A stretch of 64,000 bases of DNA from Octopus sinensis (lineage: Eukaryota). The DNA lies in NCBI RefSeq assembly GCF_006345805.1, contig NC_043005.1:36642001-36706000 (forward strand). The letters are read 5' to 3'. Shown here in pieces: positions 53,875 through 64,000 of the stretch (positions are counted from its first letter, which is position 1; every line of letters begins with the position of its first letter). The position numbers were made by a program, and so were the translations under genes. Under the pieces are notes generated by a model. The model saw only the letters and a list, made by a program, of their open reading frames with translations. It ran no database searches and was not told the DNA's origin.

Positions 53875-54685
53875 GTATTCTTTTATTCTTTTATACGTTT
53901 CGCCCTCAAGGCTGTCACGATGGAGCGCCGCCAGTGAAAATAGTCGAGTAGCCGTTTTGTGGTATGGAAGCTGGTATTGCGTTGTTGTGAGGCATGTTAC
54001 AAAACCTGACAACCACAAGATTGCTGCTATTTAAGCACATACACACACTCAGCATACACACAACACACACACACTGACACACACAATGATTCTGATTGGT
54101 TGCTCGAGCTGCTAAAAAAATGTAGCTAAATTACCTTTAGTGAGTCACACTCTGTCGTTTTAAAAACGGGCACGATAAGTAATGCGACCTTGGGTGTACG
54201 AGATACCAGCAAATAACACATTTCAAAATTCACATTTATTTAATCAGGCCAACGTGGGACTAAGCGGCAGCAACAGGTACAGTACAATCGTAAGTAGTTG
54301 CGCCAATGTTGTAACGAACCACTCGTCGGATATTCAAGACATGTTACCTTGGTTCTAATTACCCAATCTACCTTGAACAGTAATTAGGTGCGCTTTGGAG
54401 CTGTGTGTAGAGCGCAAGGTAATAATTAGAGTTACATTAGTTTGGTTTGCTAAAAATTCTAGTATTTCTCTGTGAAAAGCCCTAAGGAACTTGCAATCCC
54501 ATCCAGATGCAGTTTCAGTTATTTCCTACTTCACATCAAATTTATTCACGAAATGTTATTGGATTCTAGATTAGCCCTACTCAAACAAATCAAGGATGAA
54601 AGGTTTTTCCATAGCTATTCGTTTTACAGCAGCCGCAACGTTCGATATCCGCAGGTGATGTTACAGTATCTTCTGCTAACCTCTC

Positions 54686-54728
<43 letters not shown>

Positions 54729-55399
54729 TGTGCGCGTGCATGTTTTCGTGCATGCACGCTTCACTCCAGAGCTACGTTATTCTTCTAAATAAATGTTATT
54801 TTATGGGATGAATACAATACACTTTCAACAACTGCAAACTGACCATCAGACATCGAGAGCGAGTACACTCTTGTAATAAATAGCAAAGCTATAATTTAGA
54901 CTTGATAGGTCTAGACCAGCAATTTCCAAACTGGGATCTGCGAGCCTGAAGGAAGGGTGATGGAACGTAAAGAAAGAATTGGCGATCGGAGAACTGTATT
55001 AAAAATATGTTGAGTAGTCAGATCTTTCAAAAGACGGAAATCGTAAAGAATATTAATATGAGAGTCATTTCTAATGATATTCTTGGTAACCATTTGTAAA
55101 GAATCACAACACCCAATGTACTGTTCTCTATTCCGATGTATAGGATAATATTTGAGGATGTTTCACTTGCTATAGCAAGCCTCCTCGGTTCGAAAACTTC
55201 GATAATGTCTATATGTTGGACTCGCCTGTTCTAAAGGACAGACGAGGATTCTGCATTATTTCAATAAACAAACTGCACAAAGGATTTGTTTATAGTGATC
55301 AAACGTTTGTGCTGTACTTTAACGCACCCCTTCCATCAAATCGATATTGGCTGTGCCACAGGGAGTGATCGCAGAGCAATGTGATCAAGTCGATTATAT

Positions 55400-55500
55400 C
55401 GACTCCTGTGTTCAACTCGAACTGTGTTTCATCAACCCCGAAAAGATAAAAGGCAAAGCTAACCTCGGTGGAATTCCAACTCAGACTGTAAATCCGAAAG
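55400..55500 (-). mobile_element. SINE core fragment
   Basis: atcaaccccgaaaagataaaaggcaaagctaacctcggtggaatt is the reverse complement of the family core. Confidence 0.6.
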
Positions 55501-56519
55501 AAGTCCGGTGTGGTAACGATACTGCCTGCTCTCCTTAAATACGTATGTGTACATCAGACATACGCACGCATCTGAATTTAACAAGATCTCCACTGAATAG
55601 AGAATCTGCATCAAAATTTGGCCCGTCTTGTATTTTCTCCATTACTTTCTAACTCTCACCTAATAGCAGATATTTTACATTATACAACGTTTACTACTTC
55701 ATCCGATAAAATTCAGTCAATATTAGAACATACATTTAGTTTCGCAACTGAAGCCATTCATGTAGACAATTTTTATGTTATATATGATATTAAAAAAAAA
55801 GAAAATCTCCTCGTATTCTCCACTTCTACAGATGTGTCTACTTCAGCACACGCATGTTCTACCTTTATCACCATTTTCTCCACTTTACGACCATTTTCTC
55901 AAATGTTTACTTTCACTTTCTCCCTTTTTAACTATTTTCTCGATGATAAGTTGATTCTGTAAATTTACAAAAACTTTTAGAGCAGGTATCTTGTACAAAA
56001 TATATTGTATTTGGATAATCTGTGTCATTTATTTACTTACTGACGGTACAGTAGCTACTAAAGTTACTTAAACTGTCCACTATTTCATTTTTCATGTCAG
56101 CGAACACGTCCGTCTGTCTATGAAATCACAAATCTGTATATATATATATAATGTGGGGAATCATTGTAAGACCTTATAGAAATACCGTGAAAGCCACCAT
56201 CTTATTTAGGTCATGACTACATTGTAGATTTTCATTTAGTCTAGCCAGAAAAATAAAAGAAATTTCAGAGAGCAAATCGCTATACCTATGCACGCATGTA
56301 CACATTGTACACACGCACAAACGTGCGAGCAAGCATAGCTTTATATATGTAGGTATAGGGGAGCATATGCATACCTATTTTTGCAGTGTTTCTGTTGGGA
56401 TGAAGATTTGTTTGTGGTGTGAGGCACACACATATTTACATGTATGTTCATGGTTATGTATACATATATGTGTATATAGGCATGTGTATACATATATAGG
56501 ATTAAGTATGCACATATAT

Positions 56520-56765
56520 ATATGTATGTGAATAGGTATGTATGCCCATATATATATGTATGTGAATAGGTATGTATGCCCATATATATATGTATGTGAA
56601 TAGGTATGTATGCCCATATATATATGTATGTGAATAGGTATGTATGCCCATATATATATATGTATGTGAATAGGTATGTATGCCCATATATATATGTATG
56701 TGAATAGGTATGTATGCCCATATATATATATGTATGTGAATAGGTATGTATGCCCATATATATAC
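56520..56765. repeat. Minisatellite, 7 copies of a 34/36-bp unit
   Basis: gtgaatagg recurs at 56528, 56562, 56596, 56630, 56666, 56700 and 56736; unit tatgtatgtgaataggtatgtatgccca(ta)n. Confidence 0.95.
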
Positions 56766-56915
56766 ATGCATACACAAGCATGTATATATATATATATGCG
56801 TGTCTATATATGTGTGTGTGTGTATAAATATACATATATAATGTATGCGTTTGTGTATGACTGCGTGAGCTTATGAGTGTAATATATACGCTTTAATGTA
56901 TGTATGCAAATACCA

Positions 56916-57130
56916 GGGGGTGAGGTGGCAGAATAGTTAACACACCGGGCCAAATGCTAAGAGGCATTTCGGCCGTCTTTACATTCAGAGTTCAAATTCC
57001 CCTGAGATCGACTTTGATTTGCTTCCTTTCGGGGGTCGATGAAATAAGTACCAGTTGATCATTGCGGTCGATGTAAGCGATGTAATCCCCACCGATCTTG
57101 CAAGCTTCGTGCCAAAATTTTAAGCCAATA
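56916..57130 (+). mobile_element. tRNA-derived SINE
   Basis: ggtgaggtggcagaatagttaacacaccgggc...gagttcaaattcc...ggggtcgatgaaataagtaccagt. Confidence 0.8.
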
Positions 57131-57220
57131 TATGACACATATATAAATATATGCTTACATAAACACAATCATATATATATATGTTTATATATATATATAT
57201 ATAATATATATATCTATATA

Positions 57221-57251
<31 letters not shown>

Positions 57252-57458
57252 GCATGCACACTCGTATTTAATCAAGATATTCTCTCAGCCCCTGAACATA
57301 CTTTACACCGACACCCCCACCAACACATTTATTTCGTTTCCTATATTGCCTCCAACGATTCTAAATATGCCCTATTCTTCTCTTTACCAAAAATCTCTAT
57401 TCTTCTCTTGTTCAACTTCTCTTCATGTTCTTCTCCCTAACATTTTTCTTCCTCCACC

Positions 57459-57515
<57 letters not shown>

Positions 57516-57741
57516 ACCGCTGTCTCCATCAATCGTATTTTCAACAAGGGAAAACGCTATTTCGTGATTAATTTCAATCGCCATGCAGTTAATCCTTAAT
57601 TGATTTCGATGTAACATAACTGTTACTTGTGCGAATAGAATATTTATTGCAAGAGAAACCCCTTGGCAGCTAATGGGAACGAGAGAGGGCAGACGCGCGC
57701 TCACAGACACACACAGACACAGAAACACACACACGCACACA

Positions 57742-57778
<37 letters not shown>

Positions 57779-57922
57779 ACATATACACAGAAACTCACCC
57801 ACGCACACTCACGCAAACGTGTATTCAAATGTACATGTTCATGTGTATATGTTTTTGTCTCTGATATGAGTATATTTATATATACATACATACATATATG
57901 CATACATACATACATACATACA

Positions 57923-57955
<33 letters not shown>

Positions 57956-58469
57956 GCATGCATACATACATACATATATGCGTGCATGCATACATACATG
58001 CATGCAAACTTGCATACATATATATATACATTCATGTACATGTATACACATACAAACACGTATCTACATATTTGCGTGAATGTGTGCGCGTGTGTCTTGA
58101 TATGAATATACACAAATATGTATACATACATATACGTGCATATACATACACACCATACTCACATATCTTTTCGTATTTGTTTCTCAAGGCTATTGGCGTG
58201 TGAAGCCATCTGTTGAAAGAGATATTATTGTGCAATATGGTGTTGGTGTTGGTGGGATAATTGCGCCAGCATAACACAACCATTGATCGGAGTTCACTTC
58301 TTTATTACTGGATTGATTTGTATAATTCGTTTTCCTCCTCTGTTGTCTGAATCTCACGCCCACGCGAACACCTAGACAATGATACCTTCACAGAGAAATC
58401 ATCGAAAAGGCTACGGACGTGTAGCAGGAAATTAAAGTAAAATAAATCCTCTGCACATCACTGTCTCGA

Positions 58470-58685
58470 GTGCTAGGACTAGTAAGGCTAGCTACTCGGT
58501 TTCCATGGTATATAATTAACCAAGTTCCCATCATTATCCCGGAATGGGATGACAGGCGTCAGCTGGGTTACTCATTTACAGCCGAGTGGACATAAGCACA
58601 ATGCACCGCCTGGTCTAGGAATCAAAACTACCATCCTGCGATCGTGAGTGTCACATCGGAACTATCAAGTCATGCTTCTTCACCG
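58470..58685 (-). mobile_element. Diverged third SINE family (Deu/Nin-domain-like)
   Basis: gggatg...gggttactcatttacagccgagtggac...ggaatcaaaactaccatcctgcgatcgtgag resembles the reverse complement of a tRNA head plus central domain. Confidence 0.4.
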
Positions 58686-58805
58686 TGTAGCAAAACGCTG
58701 TGACAAATGAATGAATGGCTTATGAAGAGAACTGCAACCAGTACGTGTGTGTTTTATAGCGTCAGAGTCACCCACCCAAAATGCAACTCACATTCACTCT
58801 CTTGG

Positions 58806-58918
<113 letters not shown>

Positions 58919-60067
58919 CCCACGTTTGTATGAATGTATGCATATATGCACATGTATAGATGGATGGATGGATGCATGCATGCATGCATATAAGAAAGGA
59001 AGCAATATTTATAAAGAATGTTTTCACGCTATAACAATGACCTCGAAACACGGATCGAAGCTAAGCGATAGAAGTTAAGAGAAATATTCTCCCAATTAGT
59101 AGAGTATAACTCCATACCATTTTCTTTCTCTTTCTTTTGCGGTAGGAGGAGAGATGGAGCAGGGAGAAGTGAGCAAAATAAAATATACAAAATGTTGGGT
59201 TTAGTTTTCATAATACAACTCTGTCGCTTCTCACACAATCAATGAATGCTACACCTACATGGCATTCATCTGTGCAATTTTACTCCACTTCAATGAAAGA
59301 TACCTCATAAATGTAGCAGTCAAATAGCTGTTGAATAGTGCCGTGTTGTTATATGCGGCAGCAAACTCCAAGCTAATCAGATTAAAATGCTTTAATGTCT
59401 CTGTCTGCCTGTGAACATAAACGGTTACCGAATCAGTGTGCTAAGTAATTATGATATCGTTAAGATGAAGCGCAGCAAAAGTTTTTTCTCTTTTTTGTTT
59501 TGCATTAAAAACAGAAAATAATGTCAAAAAATTTGACCTCATTAGGATGAACCTGGTGATGAATATATTACAAGCGAGTGTAAAATATTACTCGAGTGTT
59601 AAGTTTTCACTGTAAATAATGTCAGATATTCTAAGCACCATTTTGAGACTGATGAACGAATTATAGGGGGTGGGCAGTGGGGGGGGGGATAAATGTATAC
59701 CAGTAAAATAGCTGAAACCAATACAAGTGAAGTACTTTTGCAGATTAATGAAACTACACGCTACTACAATAAAATATCGAAGCCTTGTGCCTATACAAGA
59801 ATCAATTTTATTATCGTTGTTGTTTAATTCTCGGTCATTCCCAGCTGAACTGATCCGTAAAGAAAAGAGCCTGGCTGTGGCCATCACGCATCTCTTAAAC
59901 TGACATTATGTCTCTGGTTACCAACATAAGTCTTTCTTCTCTAAGAAGAGAGAGATAGGATGCTATTTTAATGCTTTCGAGGGAGATAGGATAGTATTTC
60001 AATGCTTTCGGCAATCCACCTACTGTGATTAAGAGTAATGGTGATTGTCACAATTAATGTGTGTGTG

Positions 60068-60148
<81 letters not shown>

Positions 60149-61027
60149 GGACACAGAGAGAGAATTAATGATGTAGAAGCAAAAGTATTGGTACTATACC
60201 GCTTTTGTTGTTGCTGCAATTATGTTGCTGCGTAACCCCAGGTCAGACCTAATCGAGCAGATCTAAGATCAAAATCAATCTTTTTGTAACCATCACGTAA
60301 TTTTCTAAACTCCAGACGTCGTCCAGAAACGCAATGAACAATATGTCCTTATCTAGGGCAATAGTGTGTGACTTGCGGGGCATTAAGCTACTAATTCTAG
60401 CATGGACGCCGACCACGCAATGGCTCGTCTTTTGGAAAGTGTGAAGTAGTGTTGATAAGGTGCAAATGTTTGTGGTATGATGGCGATAAAATGAATTGCA
60501 CGGTTATTGTATGTTGTTGTTGGAGGCATTTTTGTGATGATGCTGGTGGTTGTTGTACGGATGATGGCCGTTGGATATCGTATTATGGTAATATTTGACG
60601 TAGACGGTAGCGAGTTCCACGAAAACTAAAGCGTAAGCATCACGTTTTTATATGTTAATATATAAGGCAAATCACCAAAGACGTACAGATGTAAGCTTGC
60701 TTGCGTAGGTGTGCATGATAAGGTATGTCAGGATGCATGCTTAAGCTTATATCTATGCGATCGTGAGATTGTATGTGTGTGCATGTGTGTATAGATGTGT
60801 TTGTGTGGGTGTAGGTATTGGTAAGGCTGCTTTGAGTCTTTCTACAATATGACAGGAATTGATGCAGCTCAGGGCTTTAGATACGATGTTAAAATCCAGA
60901 TGAGATAATGAACGCGTATGTACATACATACACCGAACCATACGCATATACATATCTGTGAAGACGCATATAACAGCTACATCTTTGTGCAAAATAAATC
61001 TCTCTCTCTCTTTCTCTCGCTCTCTGA

Positions 61028-61077
<50 letters not shown>

Positions 61078-61307
61078 GTATATATACACACATATATACA
61101 TATATATTCATGTATGAAGAGATAATAGACAGATAGATTGATCGGTAGATATGCGCTCATATACAGGCAAGTACAGACGTGCGTACAGAGATTTATAGTC
61201 GAAGTCATTTGCCTAATTCTGAAAACATAAAAACAATTCTAAAATTCTTCTTAAGCAAATAAGAACCGATGTGGCTTTTAAACATTCACAAAAACACACA
61301 CACACGA

Positions 61308-61339
<32 letters not shown>

Positions 61340-62236
61340 ACACGTACATACAAGCACACACGCACACACACACGCGCGCGCACAACTTTGTAGTTAAATG
61401 TTTATGCGTATGTATGTATGGATGTGTGTATATATATACACACACACACGCACTCATACATATATACACATATATTTGAATATTCATATAAGCATCATAT
61501 GTATATGCATATATATGACCATATACATATACATTTACGCTTATACATACATACATTCGTACATGTGTGTGCGTGTGTGCGTGTATTATGCATGTACACC
61601 CAGAACCACGTTAATAGCGTAGGAGTGAAATTTAGGATTTCTCGGGTTTTCCCAGCTGGTCTGCGTACTATGGCAACGCCGTATTTATGTTTTCTTATTC
61701 TGTGTAACGTCATTTGCTATTTATTTCAGATTCTTCAGTGTTGGGGTGACCAGAGTAATAGCTTTTGAATGGAAATAACCCATCTAGACATTTTTTCTTC
61801 AGAAAATGAAGGGTAATGATTTATATTAAGCACACACTGAGTATATATTTAAGAGAAAACCATAATAATATTATAACATTTATTGATATAATGAATTATT
61901 TAGCCACATAAACTGCAAAGAAGAAACGGTCTGATTGTGGGACCTCCAAGACTGTGACAGGAGCAGATTTAACGAATATTGGCTGCACATTACGTGGGGA
62001 ACCTGGACAAACAAGCAAAGCCATTTTCCCTGCCTCCGGATTTCCTCATGTAGCGAAAAACCACCGGAAATCCCATCCTCGGGACCATGGTTTCCCTGCA
62101 AGAACCCAATGTCTGCAGGATTTGTGTCCTGATGTTCTTTGAGTTAGCTTTTATCTGCATCTGTTTGGTTCAGTAACATTCTAAGTAGCTTTTTACAAGG
62201 CTTTGCCCATGCGGGTGTATATATATTATATATATT

Positions 62237-62438
62237 ACTTTTTACTTACTTGTTTCAGTCATTTGACTGCGGCCATGCTGGAGCACCGCCTTTAGTCGAG
62301 CAAATCGACCCCGGGACTTATTCTTTGTAAGCCCAGTACTTATTCTATCGGTCTCTTTTGCCTAACCGCTAAGTTACGGGGACGTAAATACACCAGCATC
62401 GGTTGTCAAGCATTGCTAGGGGGACAAACACACACACC

Positions 62439-62481
<43 letters not shown>

Positions 62482-62567
62482 GACAGGCTTCTTTCAGTTT
62501 CCGTCTACCAAATCCACTCACAAGGCATTGGTCGGCCCGGGGCTATAGCAGAAGACACTTGCCCAAG
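62237..62567 (-). mobile_element. Second SINE family (internal CA/TA microsatellite), 5'-truncated young copy
   Basis: ttgtttcagtcatttgactgcggccatgctggagcaccgcc...ccgtctaccaaatccactcacaaggc...gaagacacttgcccaag. Related segments occur at 6190-6385, 23722-23915, 24105-24312 and 41727-41935. Confidence 0.85.
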
Positions 62568-63232
62568 ATATATATATATAGACGTACATTATTTATAGCA
62601 AACGTTGGAGAGCAAATGCAACACGTGCACTCACACAAACATACATACACGCACACATACACACGCGCGCGCACACACACACATGCATACACATATGCAT
62701 ATATGTATAAATATATATACATATATATATTTGAAAGCTTGCAAGTTGAAAACATTCCCACGGCTTTACTCTGAGTTTCGTTCGAAAAGCGGAAACAAGA
62801 AAGTCCGTCTTTGATGATTCTGTCTCCCTATGTATAATGCAATCCCTCATCTTTCTGTATTGAGTTCAGTTTTTCCCTTCTTCACAGTATCTCCTTATAT
62901 ACTTAAACAAATGCAAAGACACACACACACACACATACACATACATGCATATACATTTATGCCATATATATATATATGTTTATATATATATAAACACATA
63001 TATATTTATACACATATAAATATATATATGTATATGTATTATTTTGCGCATATTTGTGCAGCTGTTTATATGAGTGCGTGTGCCAGACAGTCTTTAAGTG
63101 AAAGTAGTTATAGCTGTGTCTATGTTTGAGTAATGTGTATGTGTCAATACCTGAATCTGTATGTATTTGTATGAGCGAAGAAATCCACAACTGAGCGCTC
63201 ACGGACACACACAAACACACGCACACACATAC

Positions 63233-63277
<45 letters not shown>

Positions 63278-63836
63278 TGTATACATGACTACAGTCTACG
63301 TATTGTTTTTATGCGTGTCAGCGAAAGAAAACAGCCAATCACATAAATACATACAAAGTCATGTGATACGCTTCTTCAGAAACGAACTACGTGACGTCAA
63401 CAAAACAGCGGAACAGAGAATAACGAAGACCCGCAATACATTCACCATACTCCTTAATCACATTCATACATACATACGTGTAAGTGTGTATATATATATA
63501 TATATATATATATTGTATGTTTGTATGTATATGTATGTATATCAAAAACTAAGTATATAATTTATTAAATAACTTCAAAATGAATGAATGTAAATGGAGA
63601 CGTTTCTATAACTTAGGTAGTTTTGATTTTGTTTCTCCTTCTATAATTACCTACAAACTTATATGCATACCACAAACACACATATATTTATATATCACAT
63701 TACATACATCTATATACATACATATTATATATATATAATATACATAATATACATATATATATATATATATACATATATATACATATATATATAATATATA
63801 TAATATACATATATATAATATATATACATATATATA

Positions 63837-63914
<78 letters not shown>

Positions 63915-64000
63915 ATGTAAAAAAAAGACATTAAGTATTTAGAAAGCCGTAAGGAAAACAAGAAATAAATATAGATGTTTTTCCTTTTTTTCAACAAATC

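Noticed and set aside
56520-56765. Regularly spaced repeats as a possible CRISPR array
   Set aside because: Units are contiguous with no unique spacers; eukaryotic context and no cas genes.
59374-59384. Paired-type homeodomain P3 site TAATCAGATTA
   Set aside because: Isolated motif expected by chance in AT-rich sequence.

Overview
Very AT-rich, microsatellite-saturated eukaryotic DNA, most likely an octopod cephalopod (Octopus). That assignment is my recognition of the dispersed tRNA-derived SINE families, not a database result. I could not identify an intact protein-coding gene. Almost all listed ORFs are translations of (TA)n, (CA)n, (TATC)n, (ATT)n or (CT)n tracts, and only a few weak minus-strand exon candidates remain, so the window is probably one or more large introns or intergenic DNA. 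Supportable features are: a decayed FLYWCH-MULE DNA transposon with repeat-built TIRs, a mariner remnant, a TA-flanked MITE with a nested hairpin, fragments of an R4/Dong-type LINE, more than a dozen SINE copies (including a dimeric copy with a 20-bp TSD inside a four-unit SINE array), and several local duplications. The most interesting signal is a set of short elements embedded in (TA)n tracts that carry minimal type I hammerhead ribozyme motifs (CYGANGA...GAAA, palindromic helix III). They fall into at least three sequence families, and three of the loci are inverted pairs, including a perfect 68-bp foldback at 7560-7716. This architecture matches Penelope-like element ends or retrozyme-like non-autonomous retroelements. 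No RT or GIY-YIG ORF is visible in the window, so that assignment and any ribozyme activity are inferred, not demonstrated.
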